NCBI GenBank assembly: GCA_963693365.1
Contig: CAVNZM010000009.1
Location: 1-25,975, forward strand
Direction: 5' to 3'
Source: Amoebidium appalachense
Lineage: Eukaryota; Protista; Ichthyosporea
Length of the DNA: 25,975 bases
Shown here: positions 7,971 through 17,081 of the stretch, one piece after another
Layout of the letters: every line of letters starts with the position of its first letter
Numbering within the stretch: the first letter of the stretch is position 1
Notes under the pieces: model-generated
Told to the model about the DNA's origin: nothing
What the model saw: the letters and a program-made list of their open reading frames with translations, nothing else
Database searches by the model: none
Program-made: the position numbers and the translations under genes

Positions 7971-9083
7971 TCAAACAAGTGCCGGCTCCATGGCAAGCGG
8001 CTGGACCCCCGTGTACTTGGACTCCAGGAGGTCCACCACGTCGCTGAAGTTGTGTGTGTGCTGTGTCTTGGGCATGTGCAGGCACAGCCAGTCCCGTGCC
8101 CTACTGAGCACCGTGTACGCCTCGAGCACCGTCATCTCCGTGCAGTAGGTGACGTTGCGCTTCCACCCCTCGATGATCCGGCGCTTGATGGCTCCCTGCA
8201 CTGCCGTGCGGGCAAGCACCACGCTCACGCGCCCCTCCTTCTCTTCCCAGATGCTCACGCCGATGGTGTCCTTGACGAACTTGCGGATCAGCCACGCCTC
8301 GCCCGATGTCTGGTCGGAGAACAGCGCACTCACCACGCTGTTGGCAAAGTTGAGCAGGCGTGCGCGCAGCACCTCGCATCCGACGTCCAGTGCACACTTG
8401 CCTACGTCATCGGGCAGCACGCGCTCGTTGAGCGTGTGGGGGTCCGAGTTGATCTGCTCGCGCATCTGGCGGATGGCCCCGTTGCGCAGCGCAATGGTCA
8501 GCCGCTGCTCGTCCATCAGCTCCATGGCAACCTTCAGCAGCTTGGTCTTCTCGGCCACCAGCTCCTCCAGCTGCGCCTCGCGGGCCGTTCGCTTGGCCGC
8601 GCGCTCGGGGGTCTCCTCGACGCCGTTACGGAAGAACTCGCGCTCCTCGGGCGTGCTGTTGGTGTAGCGGGCCTCGATGTCGTCGATGAGCGACAGGTCG
8701 CCGGCGAGCAGACGCGACATGTACGCCGCGCTGGTGCGGCGCACCTCGTGCGCACGCTTGCCGGGCAGCAGGTAGATGATCTCGAGCAGGGTCTTGAAGG
8801 GGGCGACCGGGGTGGGCTTGCTCATCCCAGGGAGAACCACGTTGTCGACCTTGGCGAGAACACCTCGGAGATGGTCTCCATCGAGCAGATTCTGGTGACT
8901 GGTTTCGACGTTGTCATTCACCGCTTTGCACGGCTTCTGCAAATAGAACCAAGCCTTTCTGGCAGCATCTTTCTTTCCCAGCACCAGTGCAATGACGTCG
9001 AGCACACTGGCCTTGTTGGTAGCTTGGTCGAGGCGCACCACCGCGTTCTTGAACATGGGAAACTGCTGGGCGAGGCTGTCCAT
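7971..9083 (-). CDS. Bro-N/KilA-N-like DNA-binding domain protein with coiled coil
   Basis: SVLDVIALV...TPVAPFKTLLEIIYLLPGKRAHEVRRTSAAYMSRLLAGDLSLIDDIE is a pattern typical of giant-virus Bro/KilA-like families. CAACATGG start. The N-terminus is paralogous to the 9565-10269 protein. Confidence 0.7.
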   Translation of the reverse strand: MDSLAQQFPMFKNAVVRLDQATNKASVLDVIALVLGKKDAARKAWFYLQKPCKAVNDNVETSHQNLLDGDHLRGVLAKVDNVVLPGMSKPTPVAPFKTLLEIIYLLPGKRAHEVRRTSAAYMSRLLAGDLSLIDDIEARYTNSTPEEREFFRNGVEETPERAAKRTAREAQLEELVAEKTKLLKVAMELMDEQRLTIALRNGAIRQMREQINSDPHTLNERVLPDDVGKCALDVGCEVLRARLLNFANSVVSALFSDQTSGEAWLIRKFVKDTIGVSIWEEKEGRVSVVLARTAVQGAIKRRIIEGWKRNVTYCTEMTVLEAYTVLSRARDWLCLHMPKTQHTHNFSDVVDLLESKYTGVQPLAMEPALV

Positions 9084-9183
9084 GTTGTCCGTGTTGCAGG
9101 TTTCTTGTTGCTGGGAGTGTTTCAGGTTTCTTGTTGCTGGGAGGGCTTCTTCGGTAGACTGATGATTGACTACAACAAACCAG

Positions 9184-9198
9184 CCTTTTTATACCTTT
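9184..9198 (-). promoter_or_regulatory. TATA box (AAAGGTATAAAAAGG)
   Basis: TATA starts 110 nt upstream of ATG 9083. A CCAATCAAAT box lies at about 9293. Confidence 0.55.
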
Positions 9199-9291
9199 GG
9201 ATGAGACCGCTCCGAAACTCAATCTCGAAAGCGCACAAAAAAGCGTAAACTGAATTCAATGATGTATGATGACGTCATCCTCCCACAACCA

Positions 9292-9543
9292 GCCAATCAA
9301 ATCGACGTTCCTTCGACGTGACTGGATTCGACATTGAAATGTTCTCCGTTTTCGAGTAGAAATCTCGACCTTACTGGATTCGACATTGAGCCCACCAAAT
9401 CGAATCGACGTTCCTGCGACGTTACTGGATTCGACATTGAAATGTTCTCCGTTTTCGAGTAGAAATCTCGACCTTACTGGATTCGACATTGAGCCCACCA
9501 AATCGAATCGACGTTCCTGCGACGTTACTGGATTCGACATTGA
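9292..9543. repeat. Intergenic array: 5 x ACTGGATTCGACATTGA with alternating 35/34-bp spacers (103-bp higher-order unit, about 2.4 copies)
   Basis: The core lies at 9321, 9373, 9424, 9476 and 9527. Spacers run A-B-A-B. Confidence 0.93.
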
Positions 9544-9564
9544 CACTGATGTCTGTTTGCTCAT

Positions 9565-10269
9565 TCAATTGTGCCTAACCATGTGTTCAGTGTATTGCAT
9601 TTTGGTGGGGCGACCGTCAGTTGTTTGGTAGTTGCTCTGCCAAGCCAAGCCCATAATATCACTCACGACACGGTACACGCTGAAGGCGTGATGGTGTGGG
9701 TTGTATCGAAGCCACCTGCATCCCAGTACTTTTGTGACGTGGGTCTGGCGCTCTTTCTCGTACACAGGGTCGCGGTCGTTGTGGTTGTGTTCATCGCACT
9801 CCACCGCGAGGTTCAGCTGTGGAAAATACAGATCAACCAGATAGGGTCTGACGTAGAATTGACGTTCGCTGTTGAAACAAGCCGTACACTGGCGAATGAT
9901 GCTGATGGTCTCACTCTCGACCGAAGTCCGCAGCAGCGCCACAGGAAGATCTGTCAATCCAAACACGTACACCCAGTACCGCTTCTTAATCATAGGCAAC
10001 TTACAGCCTTGTAATACGATCCGAACAATTTCCCGAATTGTGTTGAAGGGGGCTACAGGTGTCACGTTGCCACGATTGTTGATTTTGATGCCCCCTGTCC
10101 CAGTCAAAAAACGATGACTCTTCTGTATGCGCATCCAAGCTGTCTTTGCAGCCAACATGTTGCCAAGAACGAGAGCGATGACGTCCAGAATGCTTACTTT
10201 GTTGGTGGAATGGTCAATTCGCACGGTTGCACCCTTCAGCAGTGGAAACTCCCGTGTTAGACTCTCCAT
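9565..10269 (-). CDS. Bro/KilA-like N-terminal domain fused to a DUF559/Vsr-like PD-(D/E)xK endonuclease
   Basis: MESLTREFPLLKGATVRIDHSTNKVSILDVIALVLG...TPVAPF is followed by RQFYVRPYLVDLYFPQLNLAVECDEHNH...ERQ...WLRYNP. Start taken at CAACATGG 10269, 64 nt after a TATA box. Confidence 0.8.
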   Translation of the reverse strand: MESLTREFPLLKGATVRIDHSTNKVSILDVIALVLGNMLAAKTAWMRIQKSHRFLTGTGGIKINNRGNVTPVAPFNTIREIVRIVLQGCKLPMIKKRYWVYVFGLTDLPVALLRTSVESETISIIRQCTACFNSERQFYVRPYLVDLYFPQLNLAVECDEHNHNDRDPVYEKERQTHVTKVLGCRWLRYNPHHHAFSVYRVVSDIMGLAWQSNYQTTDGRPTKMQYTEHMVRHN

Positions 10270-10324
10270 GTTGATTGCCGGATTGAAAGTTTCAAGTGAT
10301 GGCGCAGCATTGAATAGGCTAAAG

Positions 10325-10338
10325 GCTTTTATACCTTT
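10325..10338 (-). promoter_or_regulatory. TATA box (AAAGGTATAAAAGC)
   Basis: Upstream of ATG 10269. A divergent partner, GGTATATAAG at 10443 (+), serves the 10494 gene. Confidence 0.6.
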
Positions 10339-10493
10339 GAACTTTGAGTTCACTTCGCCACAGACACGGGATCCAAGTCATGAGGAACTTGGCGGTAGCG
10401 ACATCAGATACCGTCTACAACGAATAAATCTCTTGGCGCCCAGGTATATAAGCCCCTCCCCGCTCCCGTCCTTTCATTCCGCCCCCTGGTAAC

Positions 10494-11933
10494 ATGGACG
10501 ACTACCTCGCCTTCGAAGACACCGCCGCCGGCCCGCACTTCGGCATCCCCTTCGTCCCCGACGCCTGCCTGGACCACGAGTGGACCCCGGAGCTCGCCGT
10601 CGCCTACCTGCGCAGCAATGTCGCCCACGTCAAGGGCTGCTCGACGTACATCCTCAAGCAGTGGTGCCAGGACAGGCTGAAGTACGAGCACCGCATCCTG
10701 GGCAAGCGCGACATGCAGGACACGCTCGCCAAGTTCCACTTCCCGCTGCTGGCCGACCGCCCCAACCAGCAGCCCGCCGCCCCCTACCGCGGCCGCGAAT
10801 ACCTCAACAGCCCGTACATCCTCATGTACGACCGGCTGGTGTTCGATCCCGCCAGCCCGGACCCGCGCACGGGGGTGTACAAGAAGTCCTCCGGGCCCTA
10901 CCGCACGTTCAACCTGTTCACCGGGTTCCGGTTCACGCTGAGCAACATGCCCGTAGCCCGGCGTGACGAGCTGGTGGCGCCCTTCGTCTCGCACGCGCGC
11001 GACGTGCTGTGCGGTGGCGACCCCGGGCTTTTTGACTACCTGATGCTGTGGATGGGCCACCTGTTCCAGCACCCGGCGTCCAAGCCCGGCAGCGCACTGC
11101 TGCTCGTGTCCAAGCAGGGCGCGGGGAAGAACATCTTCTTCCAGGCGCTCATCGACGCCATGGGGGTCGAGCACTCGGTGTACGTCAACCGGCGCGACCG
11201 CATCCAGAACCACTTCAATGCGCACCTGCAGAACAAGCTGCTGGTGGTGGTCGACGAGGTGCTGTTCAGCAACTCGCGTGAGGTCAACAACATCATGAAG
11301 TCGCTCATCACCGAGTCGTCCAACATCCTCGAGAAGAAGGGTCAGGATGCCGTGGCTGTGCGTGCGTGCGAGCGCTACGTGCTGCTGACCAACGAGAGCA
11401 ACCCCGTGCTTGTCGAGCCCAGCGACCGTCGCTACGCGTGCATGGCCGTCAGCAACGCGCGTGTCGGCGACACGGCCTACTTTGCCACGTTTCACCAACA
11501 CCACAGAGACCCCGAGGTGCTGCAGGCCATCCACGACCTGCTCGTGTCCGTGCCCGACGTGCCGCCCGTGCTGCCGCCGCCGCCCGTGACCGACCTCAAG
11601 AAGGAGCTGCGTGGCGCCACGCTTGACGACAACGTGGCGTTCCTTCGTGACATCGCCACGGGCGCAGACGGCTGCGAGGACCTGGCCGTCGCCGACGGCG
11701 CTTACGTGACCACTTTCGGGCTGGCCGAGCGCATGCGCACGTGGGCCGCACGCAACGGCAAGGACCCCGCGGCCGTCAGTGTCAAGAAGCTGGGCGGCGT
11801 GCTCGGCAAGGTGTTTGGGCAGCGCGTCAAGAAGCAGCGGAGCGCGGTGGCGGTGGGGGGCGTGGAGGGCACGGATCCGGAGGAGTACGTGCACGTGTAC
11901 GTGTTCGAACACGCGAAGGTGGCGGGGGCGTAG
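10494..11933 (+). CDS. SF3 helicase (D5/DUF5906/NrS-1-type) without a primase domain
   Basis: Walker A SKQGAGKN, Walker B VVVDE, motif C LLTN, arginine finger DRRY and a C-terminal winged-helix-like region. Strong GC3 bias. Confidence 0.88.
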   Translation: MDDYLAFEDTAAGPHFGIPFVPDACLDHEWTPELAVAYLRSNVAHVKGCSTYILKQWCQDRLKYEHRILGKRDMQDTLAKFHFPLLADRPNQQPAAPYRGREYLNSPYILMYDRLVFDPASPDPRTGVYKKSSGPYRTFNLFTGFRFTLSNMPVARRDELVAPFVSHARDVLCGGDPGLFDYLMLWMGHLFQHPASKPGSALLLVSKQGAGKNIFFQALIDAMGVEHSVYVNRRDRIQNHFNAHLQNKLLVVVDEVLFSNSREVNNIMKSLITESSNILEKKGQDAVAVRACERYVLLTNESNPVLVEPSDRRYACMAVSNARVGDTAYFATFHQHHRDPEVLQAIHDLLVSVPDVPPVLPPPPVTDLKKELRGATLDDNVAFLRDIATGADGCEDLAVADGAYVTTFGLAERMRTWAARNGKDPAAVSVKKLGGVLGKVFGQRVKKQRSAVAVGGVEGTDPEEYVHVYVFEHAKVAGA

Positions 11934-12011
11934 TGACGGGGGGACTTACACCTCCCTTTTATTCAACAAAGTTCTTTGGCTTGTTCCGGTCATGTCGTAA
12001 CACAGATATAT

Positions 12012-12013
<2 letters not shown>

Positions 12014-12050
<37 letters not shown>
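12014..12050. repeat. Poly(T)37 tract (poly(A) on the minus strand)
   Basis: 37 consecutive T between two convergent genes. Confidence 0.95.
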
Positions 12051-12052
<2 letters not shown>

Positions 12053-12123
12053 CAGCACGGTGCTTTTATACCTCGAATCGTGCATTATAAAGCCTTTTCG
12101 ACAGGTTTCCAACCACGCCCATT

Positions 12124-12963
12124 TCAAAGCGCATGCCCGATGTCGCCAACCTGGTTCCACGGTGTTCTCTGGTTGTGCATGAATTCGGGGATGTCCCAGT
12201 ACTCCATGCCGCTGTTGTTGCCGTAGATGGCATGGATGATGTTCTGCCGCAGTGGGAGACCACCCGCTTCCAGGGCATGCTCAACCTGCGCGAGCCAGGG
12301 GTCCAGCCACGTGGTTGTCCATTGCTGCACAGCAGCCTGCAGCTCCTGGAAGGACGTGCCTCCCGGTGCGGCGGCCTCGGGGGCCTCGTGGTCTATCCCG
12401 GCCTGGTACGCCGTCTCGGGCGGGGGCTGCGGCTGCGGAAGCACCACCAGCTTCTCGAAGAGCAGTGCGGGCATGATCCAATACGGCCACCTCCTGACGC
12501 CCAACTGGGCCTCCAGAAATTCCTCCTCCTCCTCCTCCTGCTCGCTTGTAGAGCCGTCCAAGGTGACAGCTTCCCAAAACACCCACCCACTGCTGGTCAG
12601 TTTCATGCCGTATGACGTGTCGTCCATTTGCAGTTGCAGGACGTAGTAGTAGGGGCTGAGGCTGGTATTGGCAGCGGGATGTCCGGGGCGATACCGACCA
12701 CTGCCGTAGTCGAAGTTGCATCTAAGACGCCAGACCTCGCTTATGGCGCCGCTGAATACGTTAATGGAGTTTTCTATTCCCGTGCCATCCGGACCCGTGG
12801 TGGTTACCGGTGTTATCACGGGATGGGCAATCCTGTATGCAGACCCCTGCTGTCTCCATGTCACATCCCCGTCTTCAACACCATATGCTGGATCCATTTC
12901 ATTTAGAAGCCCCACCAAGTCTTCCTCCGTGGTGATCTGAATTGGGTCCCAGCGTGTGGTCAT
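12124..12963 (-). CDS. Hypothetical acidic, Trp-rich protein
   Basis: About 279-aa ORF from ATG 12963 (MTTRWDPIQ). No recognised motif. Confidence 0.7.
   Translation of the reverse strand: MTTRWDPIQITTEEDLVGLLNEMDPAYGVEDGDVTWRQQGSAYRIAHPVITPVTTTGPDGTGIENSINVFSGAISEVWRLRCNFDYGSGRYRPGHPAANTSLSPYYYVLQLQMDDTSYGMKLTSSGWVFWEAVTLDGSTSEQEEEEEEFLEAQLGVRRWPYWIMPALLFEKLVVLPQPQPPPETAYQAGIDHEAPEAAAPGGTSFQELQAAVQQWTTTWLDPWLAQVEHALEAGGLPLRQNIIHAIYGNNSGMEYWDIPEFMHNQRTPWNQVGDIGHAL
12470..12636 (-). repeat. Source copy of the inverted repeat at 1-167
   Basis: Exact reverse-complement identity with 1-167. Confidence 0.95.
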
Positions 12964-13112
12964 TACAGCCACATATCAAAATGTATGAACATTGCCCGAA
13001 AGAACCACCGACGTGTTGCTTTATTCAAAAGAGCAGCATGATACACAGATACTTGGTTTATTTCGTGCATGAACTTCTCCCGGAAGCACATCAAACAACT
13101 TCCAAGCCCTCC

Positions 13113-13254
13113 CATGCTAACACCATCCCATCAAACCAACCCCCATCTAGCTCATGCTAACACCACCCCATCAAACCAACCCCCATCTAGCTCATGCTAA
13201 CACCATCCCATCAAACCAACCCCCATCTAGCTCATGCTAACACCACCCCATCAA
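13113..13254. repeat. 40-bp tandem repeat, about 3.6 copies
   Basis: Unit CTCATGCTAACACCAYCCCATCAAACCAACCCCCATCTAG, with Y alternating T/C/T/C. Confidence 0.95.
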
Positions 13255-13274
13255 CCCCCCCCCCCCCTCAGCCC

Positions 13275-14138
13275 TCACTCAAGCTCCGCAACAACCTTCA
13301 TCACCCAATCATACCCCTCCCGCAGGCGCTGCTCAATCATCTCCATGTCCTGAACAAAATAGTGGTTGCCCTCATCCCACCAAACGGGAACCTCCACCGC
13401 CCACTCATCGATCGATGCCGCAAGAGCAGAGTCTCTCTCCTCCGCCCCCCACACATCGTCCGAGTCGATACGTTTCCCGGGAGGGTACTTCGGATCCCTC
13501 TGCACTCGATCAAACAGAAATATCTCGCACTGCCGGAGCACGTTGCCACTTGCAAGCTCCCCGGGTGTGAGCGCAAAGGGGACGAGGTTTGGACGGGGAG
13601 AACCGGGGGGGCGGGGAACGTAGGCGAACTGGCCGGGCCCCTCCCCGCCCTGGCGGCGGTGGACACGTTCGGCAATCCGATGGCGCAGCGCTTGCTTGTT
13701 GCGCTCCACAGCATCCTCCGCCGACCAAAAACCCACATACCCGTCCTTAACAGCCCGAGCCGCCTCTGCCATGTCGTGGAGCGCCTGCGCCACCGCCCGT
13801 GCTTTAGCCGCGCCCACGACGTTGCGCCCAGGCTGCTGCAGGTACTGGCGCAGACCCGGCACGACGGACTGTGCAGCCACGGCGCACCCCCCGAACTCCG
13901 TGACCAACGGACGCACCTTGTCGCGCGCGGGCCCGACGGCGTTCTCTGCGGCGACGAGGGCAAGGATGGCGTCCTGGCAGTGGTTTAATTCCCTGCACAC
14001 CTTCACGTGCGAGGGGATCTGGTCGCTGTGCATGTCAGCGACACAAGCGCGGCACTTGACCATGTATTTGTCCTTGGTGTTCTTAGTGAAAAGGTGATCG
14101 GTCAGCCATTTGTAGCTGCGCTTGCCTACTTGTTCCAT
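13275..14138 (-). CDS. Hypothetical protein with an N-terminal C2HC zinc-finger-like motif
   Basis: From CACCATGG 14138: MEQVGKRSYKWLTDHLF...VKCRACVADMHSDQIPSHVKVC (CxxC-x12-HxxxC). Confidence 0.65.
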   Translation of the reverse strand: MEQVGKRSYKWLTDHLFTKNTKDKYMVKCRACVADMHSDQIPSHVKVCRELNHCQDAILALVAAENAVGPARDKVRPLVTEFGGCAVAAQSVVPGLRQYLQQPGRNVVGAAKARAVAQALHDMAEAARAVKDGYVGFWSAEDAVERNKQALRHRIAERVHRRQGGEGPGQFAYVPRPPGSPRPNLVPFALTPGELASGNVLRQCEIFLFDRVQRDPKYPPGKRIDSDDVWGAEERDSALAASIDEWAVEVPVWWDEGNHYFVQDMEMIEQRLREGYDWVMKVVAELE

Positions 14139-14763
14139 GGTGTGTGTGTGTAGAAATGGGGGTGCAAAGCGAAAAATCAGTAAAAGGCGACCTAACAAGC
14201 GACTTCAAAGCCTTTGATGTTGACACTACAGAAGGTGTGTGAAAGTGACACCCTATCAGCTGTGCCGTGCCCTTAGAAGCCAATTCCCAACTGATGCTGA
14301 CGAAATGATATCCAGTCACGCGTTTGATTGGGAGAATGCTTTCAGATCCAGATCACCAAACTGCACGATTGGCTGCTGGGGATTGGATCACACCCAATTC
14401 AAGATCCAATCAGATCCCGCGAAGAGCAGGCAATGCCAGTGCTTCAAGATTTTTCAATGACAGCTGATGGCTTTTTCTCTTCTATCCCTTAGAACCAAAC
14501 ATAAGAATAAAATCAAACGTTTTATACCTAATTTCATATTCAAGATAGTTTTATAAACAATTCGGTCACATTTCAAACAGAAATCGCGAAGAAATAGTCC
14601 TTTCAACGATTACAAACAGATTCTGAAACCTTGGTCAGGATCTTGAACGCTTTCGACCAATCAGATCGAATAGCGGGGTAGCCAACTGCGCGCTGCTTTG
14701 GCCGTTTATTGGCACATCTGGCGCTGCTTTGGAACGAAGTTGTGGTTCCGCGTTGCCTGTTCC

Positions 14764-14862
14764 GGGGCCCTGGGGGGGCTGGGGGGGCGCCTGTGGCACA
14801 CAGACCCGTGAGACCACTGTGCCTTCCGTGCCTCGCGTGCCCCTCATGCCCCCCAGGCCCCG
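14764..14862. repeat. GC-rich palindromic dispersed repeat, copy 1
   Basis: GGGGCCCTGGGGGG...CCCCCCAGGCCCCG. It shares GGCTGGGGGGG..CCTGTG, CCTTCCGTGCC and the 3' end with copy 2. Confidence 0.7.
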
Positions 14863-15132
14863 CTCCTAGGAAAAAGCAATCGGCGAACAGGGTCCACCCC
14901 CGGCACCTGTTCTCCAAGGATCCGGGAGACATGGTTGGGGATGCCATGGTGTTCTCTTGGGTTCCGGGAGACATGGGGGGGACCGGCGATGCTGTTCTCT
15001 AGCAAATCACGGGCCAAACGTTCATGGGCACTGCCGTGTTCTCTCTGGTTTGCGGAGAAAACGTTGGACTGGGTAGGGGGCGGGGTCAGGAGAACAGGGT
15101 GGTGAACGCGCAGGTGGATATGGGCCGGGCTG

Positions 15133-15996
15133 TTGCCGTGTGACGTAAAGGTCGATTTTGATAGTTTGTGGTACTTTATCTGTCGGTTCAACACCGTGAT
15201 GTCTCAACTCAGCGAAGGTGCTGTTGTGCACTGCCTCAACCTGGTGCGCACGTTTTTGGATAACGACAAGAGCAGCGCTTTGTTCATGCAGGGATACACA
15301 ACGCACCACCTAGTGTTATACATCAAGCACCTGATGGAACTGGAAACAAACGAAAAGGTCCCAGTCGAACATATTGAGAGGCTGATCTCCTGCCCCGATG
15401 AAACGTCCGAACACACGCGCTCATCGAAGAAACTGAAAAACGTCGTTATAGCAGTTCGCGAGCTGTTCCCCACACCGTGGGTTTGGAAGGGGATTGATCC
15501 AGGCACGTTTACGGTGGAGCTCGCTAGGGAGGTCCATCGCAAGGTCATGGACGGGCTGCTCGATAGCGCTGGACGGTATCGGGTGCGCTTTGCGCTTCCC
15601 GCAGGCTGCAGTCATCAGTACCTTGCACCGTTCAAGATCGAAGAGGCTCTCAAGCGCCTGTTCGAAAGGACACGCACCGAACTCCAAGGCTGCAATGACG
15701 TTCTCGGTGCCATACAGGTCACCGCCCGTTTCCTCGGGGAGTTCCTCTACATCCACCCGTTCAGCAACGGCAACGGGCGCGTCGCCCGTCTGTTGGTCAG
15801 CGTGCTGCTCTCGCCCTATATTGCCGTTCCCCTCTCGTTGTACACAGACCGCAGCTCCCGCGAGCGCTACCACTCGCTGCTGCTGGCCGCGCAGAGCCAG
15901 CCGCCGCCCCACGACTACTCCGAGCTGGCGGCCTTCGTGCTGGACTGCGCAAGGGCAAACCTGGTCTCGGTGTGCAACGCCCTGGATTTGGAATGA
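15133..15996 (+). CDS. Fic/Fido domain protein (putative AMPylase)
   Basis: Catalytic motif IHPFSNGNGRVAR with upstream EVHRKVM...AGRYR. The start is uncertain: the track start is TTG and the first ATG is 15199. Confidence 0.9.
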   Translation: MPCDVKVDFDSLWYFICRFNTVMSQLSEGAVVHCLNLVRTFLDNDKSSALFMQGYTTHHLVLYIKHLMELETNEKVPVEHIERLISCPDETSEHTRSSKKLKNVVIAVRELFPTPWVWKGIDPGTFTVELAREVHRKVMDGLLDSAGRYRVRFALPAGCSHQYLAPFKIEEALKRLFERTRTELQGCNDVLGAIQVTARFLGEFLYIHPFSNGNGRVARLLVSVLLSPYIAVPLSLYTDRSSRERYHSLLLAAQSQPPPHDYSELAAFVLDCARANLVSVCNALDLE

Positions 15997-16904
15997 AGCC
16001 GCCAACTCTTATCGCGCCCTACATCAACATGGACACACCCTCCCAAGCCAGGACACGTGTGCGGATCCTGCTGCCCGGGGGCGGCGTCAAGGGCTGCTTC
16101 CAAGTCGGGTTCATGCAGGGGATGCTCGCGTCGGGGCTGTACCAGGTCGACAGGGTGTACGGCACGTCCGTCGGCGCGCTGGTGGCGCCGTTCGTGGTTG
16201 CCGACCGCCTGGACGACCTGGCGCGCGAGCTGGGGAAGCTGAAGTGCGTGGAGGACATTGTGGAACCGTGGGGCGGCGCAATGGCGCTGCTTCCGAAAAG
16301 CTGGAGGACGGTTGTGGGGTCAATGCTGTACGGGGCGGCGTACAGCCGCTTCACCCTGCAGGAGCGTGCGGCGGCGCTTCTGGAGGGCATCGACGCGGAC
16401 ATCTACACGCGCTGCCACTGCGTCGCCTGGGACTTCCTCAACAAGAAGGAGCGGTGGTTCACAGGGCCCGAGTACCAGGTCGGCATGCGCGCGTCTTCGG
16501 CCCTTCCACTCGCGGTCCCCCCCGTCGAGTACGACGGCACCGTGTTTCTGGACGGCGGGGTCTCTGAGCTGGTGCCCCTCACCAAGGCACTCGAGGATGC
16601 CGCAGATGGGTTCGACGGCATCTACGTCACGGTGCTGTGCGACTCGCTGGCGCACTGCCCCGCAGAATCCGTGCCAAAAACGGGCATGGAGCTCTGCTAT
16701 GCTCTGCAGCGTGACTCGGGCACCGAGCTGGCGGCCACCGAGTTCGCCAACCTCCGCACCCGCCTCGGAGACCGCCTCGTGGTGGTCGCTCCAGAGCGGA
16801 GGCTGTTTGCGTCGCCCATGGACGTCGACCCCGGGAAGGTCGCGCGGGCGCTTGCGGATGGCCGCACGGCGTTTGCTGCCTGGGCCGCCGCGGCACGCCA
16901 ATAA
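15993..16904 (+). CDS. Patatin-like phospholipase
   Basis: LPGGGVKG, GTSVG nucleophile, ASSALP and DGG motifs. Start is ATG 15993 (overlapping the Fic stop) or CAACATGG 16029. Confidence 0.92.
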   Translation: MKPPTLIAPYINMDTPSQARTRVRILLPGGGVKGCFQVGFMQGMLASGLYQVDRVYGTSVGALVAPFVVADRLDDLARELGKLKCVEDIVEPWGGAMALLPKSWRTVVGSMLYGAAYSRFTLQERAAALLEGIDADIYTRCHCVAWDFLNKKERWFTGPEYQVGMRASSALPLAVPPVEYDGTVFLDGGVSELVPLTKALEDAADGFDGIYVTVLCDSLAHCPAESVPKTGMELCYALQRDSGTELAATEFANLRTRLGDRLVVVAPERRLFASPMDVDPGKVARALADGRTAFAAWAAAARQ

Positions 16905-16936
16905 ACCCGGGTCCAGTCCATATCTGCCACCCATCC

Positions 16937-17072
16937 GGGCCTGGGGGGCTGGGTGGCTGGGGGTGGCCGGGGGTGGCTGGGGGGGGCTCCTGTGTCCCCC
17001 CAGCGCACGTGCCTCGCCCCGCCTCCTGGTCCTTCCGTGCCCCACTTGCCACTCCCAGCCCCCCAAGCCCCG
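16937..17072. repeat. GC-rich palindromic dispersed repeat, copy 2 (17-bp terminal inverted repeats)
   Basis: 16937-16953 GGGCCTGGGGGGCTGGG versus 17054-17070 CCCAGCCCCCCAAGCCC (16/17 complementary). Confidence 0.75.
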
Positions 17073-17081
17073 GGCGCAGTG

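Noticed and set aside
9292-9543. CRISPR array
   Set aside because: The repeat is only 17 bp, the spacers repeat A-B-A-B rather than being unique, and there are no cas genes.
9256-9564. 102-aa minus-strand ORF across the array
   Set aside because: The 103-bp period is not a multiple of 3, so the units read in different frames. The ORF is probably incidental.
7809-11912. ORFs 7809-9248 (+) and 10404-11912 (-); likewise 2737-3645 (+)
   Set aside because: Antisense to well-supported genes.
12000-13050. Target-site duplication around the 12124-12963 gene
   Set aside because: Only a 9-nt ACACAGATA match, and it is not adjacent to the poly(T). Insufficient evidence.
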